A DNA stretch of 63,482 nucleotides, filler included, from Trichomonas gallinae (lineage: Eukaryota): NCBI GenBank assembly GCA_008369845.1. It is 4 parts of 4 records of this genome, joined end to end, with 100 filler letters (N's around TTAATTAATTAA, not from the genome) between each part and the next. Parts side by side here need not be neighbours in the genome. Positions count along the whole stretch, not along the records: positions 17,050 to 39,591 come from MRSU01001439.1; 3 more parts are not named here. One strand, written 5' to 3'. Below the pieces are notes generated by a model that worked only from the letters and a program-made list of their open reading frames with translations, was not told the DNA's origin and searched no databases. Positions 21,263 to 31,516 of this stretch are shown piece by piece. A program made the translations under genes and the position numbers. Numbering within the stretch: position 1 is the first letter of the stretch; each line of letters begins with the position of its first letter.

Positions 21263-22672
21263 TTAGTTTTCATCGTCTTCTGGTATTTCTTCTGGCTGGT
21301 AAGGCGAGTTCAAGTCCATTGGCATGGATGGCTGTGGTTCTAGCGCTGTGTTAGGATGTGGAGCTTCTTCGCTGGCGAGTGATGGCGTTGTGCTGCCGAG
21401 CTCGAATTGCTGAGAAAGGGAGTGCGCATGTAATGAGTTCGAAGGGGAAACAAGTAGAGCAAATGTATTTTGCTTTGCTGGAATTGTTTTGCCATGCTTC
21501 GCTTTTTTGGGTGGAGGTAACATTTTAGCTGGGATTGGTGGTGGTCCACGTGGAAATGTCTTCCTAGCACCAGGATCGCGCCAAATTCTTTTATTTGTTG
21601 GAGCAGTTCGTGCTTTGATTAAAGTTGGATCGACCTGAGGCTCAACAGTTGGCTGGAACTTGGAATATTTGAAATTTGGATGAGGTCTCTCAGATTGTGG
21701 TAAAATTTCCAAACCTGCTTCATGATCTTTAAAGATTGGTGCGTGCATCGGAACTGGTTCATGACCTTTGGATGTTTCCTTATCTTTTTGCGGTGACCAA
21801 TCATACTGATAATCAAAAGTGTATTCTTTTTTAATCATCAAATCTCTAAATAATTGGCGAAGAGTAGCATATGGTGGCTCAGCAATAAAATCTAATGCTC
21901 GAACAATCTCGAAATACTTGATAAACTCTTCAGGGAGGCCTTCGCACAATGTTTCGAATGATGTTGTCATTTTCTTTTCGCTTATCTTTTCATATTTCTG
22001 CTTTAGATTATCTGTTTGAATTCCTTGCCATGGAAGGGACCCTTTTAGCAAGTAAATCAATACATATCCAAGACTTTCGAGATCATCACGGCGACTTTGT
22101 TCAATACCGAGATGAGTGTTAATTGAAACGTATCTAGAGGTACCAACAAGTTCTTTATCACCTCTGTATGGGATGTGTTCTTTTGTTTTTGGATCTCTGT
22201 ATTTTTTTGAGAGGCCGAAATCTATTAGGTATATAATGTTTGAGTTTTTACCGTTGCCAATTAAGAAGTTTTCTGGCTTGATATCGCGATGAATGAAGTG
22301 TCTTTCGTGTAAATATTGAATTAAAGAAATAGCTTGATCAGCAAACATTAAAACTGTTTTCAATGACAATGATTGGTTGTGTCGCATCATTTCGTACTCC
22401 ATTGAGCTTCCAAGGTAATCCATTACTAGTACGTTATATTTATTCTCTGTTCCAAACCAGTAAACTTCCGGAATACCCGGACATCCAGCGAGTACCTTGT
22501 ATATTTTCGATTCGTTTTTGAGTTGTAAGCTTTGTTTTTCGACTGGTTCTAATTTGATAGCAACGGATAAATGAGAAACAACATGCTCACCGAGGTAGAT
22601 TACTCCAAAACTGCCTTTTCCTATCTCTTCTTTTATTATATACCTTGAAGCAATTGTTTTCTCTACAGACAT
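21263..22672 (-). CDS. CK1: Casein kinase 1 family protein kinase
   Basis: IGKGSFG, AIKLE, HRDIKPEN, DFGLSK, GTSRYVSINTHLGIEQSRRDDLES and LPWQG; ATG at 22672. Confidence 0.96.
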   Translation of the reverse strand: MSVEKTIASRYIIKEEIGKGSFGVIYLGEHVVSHLSVAIKLEPVEKQSLQLKNESKIYKVLAGCPGIPEVYWFGTENKYNVLVMDYLGSSMEYEMMRHNQSLSLKTVLMFADQAISLIQYLHERHFIHRDIKPENFLIGNGKNSNIIYLIDFGLSKKYRDPKTKEHIPYRGDKELVGTSRYVSINTHLGIEQSRRDDLESLGYVLIYLLKGSLPWQGIQTDNLKQKYEKISEKKMTTSFETLCEGLPEEFIKYFEIVRALDFIAEPPYATLRQLFRDLMIKKEYTFDYQYDWSPQKDKETSKGHEPVPMHAPIFKDHEAGLEILPQSERPHPNFKYSKFQPTVEPQVDPTLIKARTAPTNKRIWRDPGARKTFPRGPPPIPAKMLPPPKKAKHGKTIPAKQNTFALLVSPSNSLHAHSLSQQFELGSTTPSLASEEAPHPNTALEPQPSMPMDLNSPYQPEEIPEDDEN

Positions 22673-22780
22673 GTTATTATTTAAAAACTGACAATATTTT
22701 TGACAAATAATGAATTTACACGACAAAAATCATCCAATTCTGAAGTGTAAACTTACAAACGTATAAATTTTTGAATGAAT

Positions 22781-22920
22781 TTTGCCAAATAAAAACAAAA
22801 ATTGACATATAATTTTTTAAAAATGCCATGTAAAATTAATTTGTTTGCCAAATAAAAGAATAAAATGTCATGTAATTTTTGGAAAATGCCATGTAAAATA
22901 TATTTATTTGCCAAATAAAT
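22781..22920. repeat. 63-bp tandem duplication (~2.2 copies) in the CK1/TMEM218 divergent promoter
   Basis: TTTGCCAAATAAA at 22781, 22844 and 22907; AAAATGCCATGTAAAAT repeated 63 nt apart (TGCCATGTAA at 22824 and 22887). Confidence 0.8.
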
Positions 22921-22964
22921 TTAAAAGTGACGTTTAACAATTTTAAAACGATTTCAAAAAAAAA

Positions 22965-23288
22965 ATGGCTCTCGTTCTTGGAGTTGGCGTCGGCACATTT
23001 TTATTCTTATTCTTCCTTGCGGTAATCGTCATTGTTCTTGTCATTGGACATAATTCTAAACTCGGACAGTTAATCTTTTGGGGTTTAGTTGTTGTATTTA
23101 TCATAACATTCATTTTACTCGCGATATCTCCAACAGAAGCAGATCCTCAAGAAGAGGACATCGTCGACAAATATTATATTCTTATAGTATTCTCGATTTT
23201 CATACTTTTAGGTTTCTTAATTGCAATAGTTGCTTTCTTACTCGTCGTTCTTCTTCATCAAGACTACGCTGTTACTATTCCATCATAA
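22965..23288 (+). CDS. TMEM218: TMEM218-like ciliary transition-zone membrane protein
   Basis: 107 aa with three hydrophobic helices. N-terminal VLGVGVGTF, a Pro-containing loop and IVD before TM3, and a YA near the C-terminus match the TMEM218 pattern. Confidence 0.75.
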   Translation: MALVLGVGVGTFLFLFFLAVIVIVLVIGHNSKLGQLIFWGLVVVFIITFILLAISPTEADPQEEDIVDKYYILIVFSIFILLGFLIAIVAFLLVVLLHQDYAVTIPS

Positions 23289-23703
23289 AATTAATACCAC
23301 ACGAAATCAATGGCTGCTAGAAAAATATTGTCTACAATTTGATTAAAGATTTGTTTTTGATTAAATAAATATAAGAAATCTAAGAAAATCATGCTAATTA
23401 GCATATATACATTGCATATAATAATTAGTTCAAATGATTTTATTTTTTCAAAAATATTGAAGAAGAGTCAGCTTTTTTTGACTTAGAATTTATTCTACTT
23501 AATGATTATAGGATTAATTATCATCATACTCAGTGCAATTACTTATAGTAAAATTTATTTTATAATATTTTAATTTGATTGTTTGGATATAAATGATACA
23601 GTACATGTATAACTAAGAAACAAGTTTAATTAATAAACAAAACAAAAGATAATCTAATATAAAATTATTCCAAACAGATGTAAACGCAATTATATTAATA
23701 AAA

Positions 23704-24603
23704 TTAGCTTAAGTTCCAACGGTATCTATTGAACATGAATTTATCATCAATTGGAATTGATTCATTTCTTTGATCAGAATTTTCAAATGAAATTCCAGGA
23801 ATTGGACTGATTGGCTTCAAGTAGTACAATCTAGAGATTTTGATATTTGATTTTGAGACAACTTTAAAGAGGAGTCCTTCGATATTTCCAACAAAAATTT
23901 CGTGGAAGCTGTAAGTTCCTTCAAGTTCAACGGCACCAACCGTAGCAGACAAGTTGATGAAATTAATATTCTGGAAGTTCTTTCTTCCTTCTTTTGATAA
24001 TAAAGAAACACATGTTTGAGCTTTTCCGTTAATAAAATTAGAGTATTGGTATTTAACTGTTCTTACGTTTTTGCCAGAAAGTGTGAGTTGTGCAGCTGAT
24101 TGGGAAACTGAGTTATGCGATAAATTTATGTTTTCTGCCTGAAGGGTACCACTTTGGAACAGGAAATTGTTATTTTCTCCAATCTCAGCAGATGACATTA
24201 ATCCTGTTTGAGTAAGCGAGAAATATTTAACTTTTGCTTGGAATTTATGTTCTTTCATGTTAATCGTGCCAAACATGTTCTCCTTGGCTGCCACATGCGA
24301 TGCAGCAACGTAGTTTAGATCCATGATTTTGACTTGAATATTTACAGCTCCATCAGCTCCATCAGGGACGTAGCATCTTTCGAAATAGCAGCATTTTATG
24401 TATAATGTTGTGGCATCATTGTTGATGTTAATAGCAGAGCCAGGCTCTGTTCCTACGAAATCATACCATTGAGAAGACTGAATAATGTTGCAAGAGGACT
24501 CTGAAATCGTCGTAATTCTTTTGGACTCAGAGGCCATCATAACGTATAAAGTGCACATGTCATTGGCTTTCTGAAGTGTTAAACAAGAAAAGAAAAACAA
24601 CAT
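23704..24603 (-). CDS. Hypothetical trichomonad-family protein, predicted signal peptide, beta-helix-like
   Basis: MLFFFSCLT start; CCYFERC and N/S-rich beta-strand repeats; Inr-like context upstream. Confidence 0.65.
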   Translation of the reverse strand: MLFFFSCLTLQKANDMCTLYVMMASESKRITTISESSCNIIQSSQWYDFVGTEPGSAININNDATTLYIKCCYFERCYVPDGADGAVNIQVKIMDLNYVAASHVAAKENMFGTINMKEHKFQAKVKYFSLTQTGLMSSAEIGENNNFLFQSGTLQAENINLSHNSVSQSAAQLTLSGKNVRTVKYQYSNFINGKAQTCVSLLSKEGRKNFQNINFINLSATVGAVELEGTYSFHEIFVGNIEGLLFKVVSKSNIKISRLYYLKPISPIPGISFENSDQRNESIPIDDKFMFNRYRWNLS

Positions 24604-25215
24604 CAGAAAACTTTGTCACTTTTAAAATTTAACCTTAAAACCAGAAAACCCCAAAAATTGAAAATAATATAAAATTTAGAATGTAAATAATATAGGAATG
24701 CTATATTTTAAATAAAAATGAAAAATAATTTTTGACATTGTCACTTTTCAACAATCATTCAAATAAAACATACTATTATTCTATAGTATATCAAAATTAT
24801 TGCAAATTTCAAAAAAACATTTTGTCACTTTTATTAAAAATTTATTTTGCATTTTTCTTTTTATTTCGTTTATATTTTAACATTATATAAATATAATATA
24901 TAATAAATACATCAATATATTAATTATATAAACTCAAATATGAATAAACACCATTATTTTCATGTGAATAAAATATATCTTTGTTCTATAGTGATATTTT
25001 CATTTATAAATGGTACAATATATTCTTTTCAATATGCATTATATATTCAATAGTATAATGATCTCTAGAAATATAATAAAAGCAGAGATTCACGTCAAAC
25101 TAATATTCTCCTAATAAAAAATGAAATTTAATGAAAAATATATGAGATAGGTGATGCACACATCTATTTCATACAGAAAATAAACCAAATTTTGCGTTCA
25201 TTTTCAATAAAAACA

Positions 25216-26208
25216 ATGATTCAACAAGAACTACAGAAAGGCGAGTTTTTGATATTTGAAGATAAAGGGTGTCACATGGTTGGTCAGTCCTCAGCATCTT
25301 TGCAATATACACCTGCTACTTTATGCCTCACGAACTTCCAAATTAAACTTAATCCTCAATTTAATGTTGAAACTCCAAGAAAAATCGGTCTTAAGAATAT
25401 CACTACATTCGAACAGAAAGTAGTCGAAGATTCCACTATATTACAAATCCTTTCTAAAGACTCAACACAATCAATTCTATTATTTATTCCAGATGAAAAC
25501 CATAGAACATCATTCGTTAAAATGTTCCAAAAGTTATTAGCTGCTAACAATCTTGGTCAAGACAAATCCAATGAATTAGCTGTAAAATATAGCATGCAAT
25601 ATAGAAACTCGAAAGATTTAAATCATTTCTACGAAAACATTAAGAATGCAGGTGATGATGAATCACCGATTGACCAAATCTTGAAACCATCAGAGTTTTC
25701 TTATTATCAATTATTATCTTCATTTAATGTATTATTTACGATTTGCAATTACATATCTGATATACAGGATACAAGTCCGATGCTTTTCTTTGCTGTTTTA
25801 ATTATATTTTTATCATTAGTTTCAATTATTGTTCATTTCTTCAGTTTTGGAATAGTTTTCGCATTTGTACCTCTCTCTACCATCATTGCCGTCGGAATTT
25901 TGCAGAGATTAGACCGCTGGAAAACAGATCCAAAACCAGATTATACAGATTCACCAAATAACATCAAACAGTTTATGATTAAGATCGATGATTTCCGCCA
26001 TGACTTCACGAATAGGCTAACATGGGGAGATCCACAATCTACGCTTCAAACTTGCGAATTTTTGATTGCAGTTTGTCTTGTTTTCTATTTCCTGGATCCA
26101 ATTGTTGTACTAGGTATATCACTTGTCGGTCTTTCATTCTTCGAGCGTTGGGATCCAATCAAACTCGGATCACTTTCAAAACTCCTTTCAAAGCTCATAT
26201 TATGGTAA
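25216..26208 (+). CDS. PH/GRAM-like domain membrane protein with PRT_C/GRAMD4-like C-terminus
   Basis: N-terminal PATLCLTNFQI beta pattern, two hydrophobic hairpins and RLTWGDPQST. Confidence 0.55.
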   Translation: MIQQELQKGEFLIFEDKGCHMVGQSSASLQYTPATLCLTNFQIKLNPQFNVETPRKIGLKNITTFEQKVVEDSTILQILSKDSTQSILLFIPDENHRTSFVKMFQKLLAANNLGQDKSNELAVKYSMQYRNSKDLNHFYENIKNAGDDESPIDQILKPSEFSYYQLLSSFNVLFTICNYISDIQDTSPMLFFAVLIIFLSLVSIIVHFFSFGIVFAFVPLSTIIAVGILQRLDRWKTDPKPDYTDSPNNIKQFMIKIDDFRHDFTNRLTWGDPQSTLQTCEFLIAVCLVFYFLDPIVVLGISLVGLSFFERWDPIKLGSLSKLLSKLILW

Positions 26209-26463
26209 TATTCATGTTAGTTTTTTGTTCAGCGATAAAATTTTTCTTATTTTCTATGCAAGAATTATAATTATTTATGATTTTTTAATATTGAGCCAAG
26301 ATATTTTACAAAGTTGATATGAGACAATATCCTATGAATTGCCTATCTCCAAATGTTTAGAACTCAATTTTTACAAAATAATGATATCCAATTTGCTTTT
26401 AAACCCTTTAATATATAAAAATATCATCAAAGTGATGATATATAATAATATTTTAAACTCCAT

Positions 26464-26725
26464 TTAAATGAAATAAGATGATTGATTCAATTCATACCAT
26501 GTTAAGCATCTTTGGAAAAAACTATGTTTTAAAACATCCTCTATGGTAAATCTATTAGCTAGGTCAACTTGCAAACAACCAAAGAGAAGATTAATTAAAT
26601 CTGGATCAGCATAATGTAGATTTGAATATCTTCACGAGTTCGCAACAGTTGATGTTTGGATCTACATCTTCAAAGACAGCACCCTCTGTGGTTTCCATTA
26701 AGCACACGCAATGTTCCATGCTTTA
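26464..26725 (-). pseudogene. Protein-kinase C-lobe remnant (subdomains IX-XI) with frameshifts
   Basis: Manual translation gives AWNIAC / CVCLMETTEGAVFEDVD / YADPDLINLLFGCLQVDLANRFTIEDVLKHSFF, with a frame change at each junction. Confidence 0.7.
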
Positions 26726-27628
26726 AAAATAAAAAAAAAATTTTTTAAGAGCATTCTTAAAATCACCAACATTTTTTTCTAGAATTTCACTTAAATGTTA
26801 AAATCATTTCTTCAGAATATTTCTTCGACTATTTATAATATTTTATTAATATCAAAAAAATCAACGACGACTTTTTGATTAAATCGAATCAAATTTTTTT
26901 TATTTGCTTTTAATTTAAAAACAATCTGTGAACAAGATATAGATTAATTATGATTTTAACTCAATTGTGTGAATCTTAAAAAAAAATAATATTTCACTCA
27001 AAACATACGATAAACCGTCTATTTTCTGATGAAATCTATTTAATTGTCGACAACTTTTACATTGAGCTCATATAGGACTTTTAAAATTTAGATTTTTTTT
27101 TGATGGTGATCTTTCGGAAAATTTTGGTAGATTTTCAAAGTTTTTGAATGTAAAAATAATATAAAACATAATAGCTTTTGAATTTCATTGTCAAGCATTT
27201 TTCATCATTATCAAGTATGCTTCTCATCCACATCGCTCATCATTATCAAATTGGTTCAATACATTCAAAACAATTTTCAATAGTTCATCATGGTTTGCAC
27301 ACAAAGTTTTACATCAACGTTGACACTCATAAGTTTACATGTCAAATTTTTAATTAGTAATATAGAGTCCCAGAGAAAAAAGTCATAAAAAACTAACTTG
27401 AAATGCTAGATTGATCAAATAGAATCTATACCATATTATATTGCTATATTCATGCCTTTTAAATACTAAAAAATAAGGCTCCTTCATGAATATAATAATC
27501 CTAAATGTCGACTTTTAATTAAACAGATTAAATATGCAAATGCATCTGACATGTAAAATATATTTTAATTTTACACGACAAAATGAAAATTAAGGTTTCT
27601 CGACACTTTTCTTTAAATTTGTTATACC

Positions 27629-28030
27629 ATGGAGACTGGATATCAAACATCAGACAAAACTATAGAAAATACATTGAGGAGACAGCTTAGGCTTAAACAG
27701 ATACAGTTTAAAGAGCCTCAACTGGATCCAATCGAAGAAATGATATCACAGCTTCCGATTAGTTTAGATATATCAGATGAGCATCCTCTTTGCAAACTTT
27801 TAGAAGACAACGTGAAATGTACTCAACAGTTAGCCGACTCTTTATCAGAAATGGAAAAAAATCTCGAAATTGCATCGAATAATTTCTTATTAATTCCTCA
27901 AGGAAAAGGAAATTACATGAAAGCCACACAAATTCAAGCTGAATTAGAAGCCAGTTTACAATTTCATTCAAGATGCAATGATCCAAATTGGCCTTTTGGA
28001 TTAGAAAATGCATCCAATCAAGGAAATTAA
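27629..28030 (+). CDS. Hypothetical protein
   Basis: 133-aa ATG-initiated ORF with promoter-like motifs upstream. Confidence 0.6.
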   Translation: METGYQTSDKTIENTLRRQLRLKQIQFKEPQLDPIEEMISQLPISLDISDEHPLCKLLEDNVKCTQQLADSLSEMEKNLEIASNNFLLIPQGKGNYMKATQIQAELEASLQFHSRCNDPNWPFGLENASNQGN

Positions 28031-28222
28031 TGAGAGATTCCTACATATTCATAGTTTTTCATTTGTGATTACAAAATATGTTTTAATGCGATTTGTTACT
28101 TAAGATGTTTGTATATTATTATGCAGCTTGGCAAATATTATATTTGTTCTTTTTTTTTTATTTGTATCATGATAAATATATAATGAAAACAAAAATTTTT
28201 ATTACAATATTAACAGGATTAG

Positions 28223-29098
28223 CTATTTATAGGATTTCGGCAACTCAGCAACAAGCATATTGTTTCTTCTTTTCAATTCATCTAATTCTTGAAGAAGTTT
28301 TTGTTTTTCCAGTTTAAGGCTGCCACCTTTCTTTATTCGGAATTTCTGGATATTATCAAGATTTTCATTGGCTTTATTTGTTAATTCAAGCTCATAATTT
28401 AATTGTTCTATCTGTTCTTGTAAAATCGAGATTTGCTCATCTAATTTCTCTATTTCCGACTCTGCATCGCGTATAAGACCATCTCTTTGCTTTGTTCGCG
28501 ATTGAATTTGCTCGATTTCTATCTGTAGCTTAGAATTATCAATTTTGAGTTTATCAATCTGTTTCTTTAGCTTTTTCTTTTCATGTAATGCTGCTTTTTC
28601 TAGTTCTAGTAAACGTGATTTTCTTTGGGCCCAATTTTCGTCATTTTCAATTCGTTTCTTTCGATTTTCTTGAATATCATTTAATGATACTTCTTTAACA
28701 TTAGAAATTGCTTGCTTTAATTTGACATTTTCGCACATTAATTTTTGTTTTAAGAATTGATGACTTGTAATTTGTGTTTCTATTACAGAACCTAAAGAAT
28801 CTAGCGCATCATCGAGATTTTCATGGTGATTTACAGGTGTTGATGGTAAAATTTCATTTTGGAGTTTTTCGATTTGAGAAATAATTGAAGAAACATAAGA
28901 ATTTGGTGATGGCGATGATCTTGATGCACTAAAAGAGGGGAAAGATATAGAATTTACTGAGACTTTAGTTCGATTTAGATTCGAATCTGATAAAAGCTTT
29001 GATTTTTCTTTCAAATACTTTTGAAATATAGTTTTGTCTTCAAGTGCTGATAAAATTTTCTCAGCAACACTTAAGCAAACATCTGCAGGATCATCCAT
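28223..29098 (-). CDS. Hypothetical coiled-coil protein
   Basis: 291-aa ORF with a long K/E/Q/L heptad region. Confidence 0.72.
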   Translation of the reverse strand: MDDPADVCLSVAEKILSALEDKTIFQKYLKEKSKLLSDSNLNRTKVSVNSISFPSFSASRSSPSPNSYVSSIISQIEKLQNEILPSTPVNHHENLDDALDSLGSVIETQITSHQFLKQKLMCENVKLKQAISNVKEVSLNDIQENRKKRIENDENWAQRKSRLLELEKAALHEKKKLKKQIDKLKIDNSKLQIEIEQIQSRTKQRDGLIRDAESEIEKLDEQISILQEQIEQLNYELELTNKANENLDNIQKFRIKKGGSLKLEKQKLLQELDELKRRNNMLVAELPKSYK

Positions 29099-29117
29099 TT
29101 AATTGATAACGATTTTA

Positions 29118-29180
29118 ATGACAAATTACATTTTTGACATTTTACATGACAAATCATATTTTGACATTTTTACATGACAG
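29118..29180. repeat. 28-bp tandem repeat (~2.3 copies) in a divergent promoter
   Basis: ATGACA at 29118, 29146 and 29174; unit approximately ATGACAAAT(T/C)A(C/T)ATTTTTGACATTTTAC. Confidence 0.75.
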
Positions 29181-29378
29181 AAAATAAGATTTTTTGTTTC
29201 ATATGGAATGTATGATGTATTTATTTTATCCAGTCCAGGTGTACTTAATTGCAATGTTTAAACATTACAAAATCATTAAATAGAAAATTATTTGCTTTTT
29301 GATATATTGTATTTTTGGATTTTATTTCTATTTTCAATCATAATATGTCCAGTATTTAAAGTTACAAAAATCATTTTG

Positions 29379-30893
29379 ATGAAATGTCAAAAAGAAAAGT
29401 TATCTTATTATGATATATTTCCGAATGCAGCCTTGGATGTTGAAGTAATTGAAAGCAAAAAGCCTGCAAAAGTCGACAACCCAAAAATTATCCAAACTAT
29501 AATCAAAGGAATATTCAACCTAGAATTACCGCCGAAATGGATCAAAATAGAACATCCACCTCTATGTCAACACATTGCTGTTGCAATTTTTGAAGGATTG
29601 GATGAGAAAAGATATCAAGAACATAAAAATCAACTCCAATCTTTTGTTTCTCTTCATAAAAATGGCTTTCCAATAGTCATTGAAGCAAAAGAAAAGGATG
29701 GTTTCGTTATTCCTGGCATTCACACAGCACTTGGCTATCAAAAATCACAACGAGTATTGAAAAAATTCAAAAATTACGAAGAAATGGTGATATTACCGGA
29801 AGATTTACTCGATAATGGCTATCCTATTCATACAAAGAACATGAAAATCCCATCAAAACCAAAATGCGCTTATTATAATTTACCAATTCTAACAGAAGAA
29901 CAGTTAAAACAATACAAAGAACTACCAGAAGAAACAAATGAAAACACTAGAGACATTGTTGCTATAGATTGCGAAATGATTTATACAAAAAGCGGCCCGC
30001 AAGTCGCAAGACTATCGGTTTTAGATAAATCAGGCAACATGATTCTCGACCAGCTGTTTAAAACTACAGAAGAAGTTGTTGATTACAAAACAAAATTTTC
30101 TGGTTTAACGGAAGAAATTTTATCAGAAGTAACAGCTACACCAGACCAAGCTGTCGAATATCTATCAAAAGTTGCATCAAGGAATACAATAATTATAGGT
30201 CACTCACTAGAAAATGACTTTAGGTCATTGAAGTTAATTCATTTAAGATGCATAGACACTGCTGTTCTTTTTCCGAACGAACAGAACAAAAACAAAAAGC
30301 CCAGCTTGAGTTTTATATACAAGAAGTACATAAACAAGCCATTCAGGGCAGCACAAGATGAAGGACATGACAGCACGGAAGATGCTGGAGCTGCTTTGGA
30401 GCTCGTGAAATTGGCGATGAAAGAATCGATTTCATCTGTTGAAGAAAAGCCGAAAATGCCTGAATTTCTCGATGAAATGTGCAGGATACATGGACAGGTC
30501 TGCTTGATAGAGAGAAAGAGCAGAGTGAATTTCGAGTCAATGTATGACACATTTGATTTGAAGACAACAGAGAATGACTCCGAAACACTTAACATTTTCG
30601 TAGAAAAAATGAAAGAGAATGATTTGGTCTTTGCCCATTTCGAAGTTTTGAATGGCGTTGCTATCAAAGATGAGAGCGTTTCATGTGACAGATATAATTC
30701 ATACATGAAAACCATCATTGAAAACTTGCCACAAAACTCAATTTTGATTGTCTACGCAGCGAATGGAAATTTCACAAGAATTTCAGCACAAAATGATTCT
30801 AAACTTCCTCCCGGAATAGACATTGCTAGGAGAGACGAGTTTAACGCAATCAGACAAGGATTACTTTGGATCCATTGTTCAGAAACAAAATAG
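29379..30893 (+). CDS. DEDDh RNA exonuclease, REX1/REXO5-like
   Basis: VAIDCEM (ExoI), IGHSLENDF (ExoII), IDTA and GHDSTEDA (ExoIII); Inr TCATTTT at 29371 just before the ATG at 29379. Confidence 0.92.
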   Translation: MKCQKEKLSYYDIFPNAALDVEVIESKKPAKVDNPKIIQTIIKGIFNLELPPKWIKIEHPPLCQHIAVAIFEGLDEKRYQEHKNQLQSFVSLHKNGFPIVIEAKEKDGFVIPGIHTALGYQKSQRVLKKFKNYEEMVILPEDLLDNGYPIHTKNMKIPSKPKCAYYNLPILTEEQLKQYKELPEETNENTRDIVAIDCEMIYTKSGPQVARLSVLDKSGNMILDQLFKTTEEVVDYKTKFSGLTEEILSEVTATPDQAVEYLSKVASRNTIIIGHSLENDFRSLKLIHLRCIDTAVLFPNEQNKNKKPSLSFIYKKYINKPFRAAQDEGHDSTEDAGAALELVKLAMKESISSVEEKPKMPEFLDEMCRIHGQVCLIERKSRVNFESMYDTFDLKTTENDSETLNIFVEKMKENDLVFAHFEVLNGVAIKDESVSCDRYNSYMKTIIENLPQNSILIVYAANGNFTRISAQNDSKLPPGIDIARRDEFNAIRQGLLWIHCSETK

Positions 30894-31024
30894 AATAAAT
30901 AAATTGTTTTTTTTTTATAAATTTAAATCTTGAGAATTTCATCGCTACTAATTCAAAGAATAATCTCCTTTTGCTTCAAAGAGAATTTAATGAATGAAGA
31001 ATATTTTTATTTTACATAAATATT

Positions 31025-31240
31025 TCAATCTTCTTCCCGATTTTGGCTCATCCTGAGACTATGATAATTCTTTGCTAAATTGTTCTTTTCAACTGCTAAT
31101 GCTTCAAGTGATTTAGTTATTATACCGTTTCTTGACATGCATTGGCATTTGCATGGAAGTGTTCCAGCTCCACAGTCACAGAATGCTGTCCCACATAAAG
31201 GACCTAATCTATACACATATGAAGTTGGCCTAAAAAAAAG
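31025..31240 (-). pseudogene. Fragment with the C-terminal half of a UBR-type zinc finger, no upstream ATG
   Basis: AFCDCGAG..CKC motif. The frame opens after a TGA (SYLFFRPTSYVY...) with no ATG before the motif. Confidence 0.45.
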
Positions 31241-31516
31241 ATAGGATCAGATATTATTAATTTTTTGTCATGTAAATTTATTTTTGATTTGTAAAATAAT
31301 TAAGCAATACCCACTATTTATTTATGTCACCCCCAAAATAATCTTCATTGATTTCGAGAAAATGTTAAATATTGACTTGCTGTAGTATGACTATTCTAAA
31401 AATGAAATAAAAGACCAGATTTGAGAAAGACAAGTTCGTTTTTTATTTAGTTTACAATTTACAATTTTTTTTGTTTTGTAAATTTTTTTAAAACGGACAA
31501 TTTTTTAAAAAATTTA

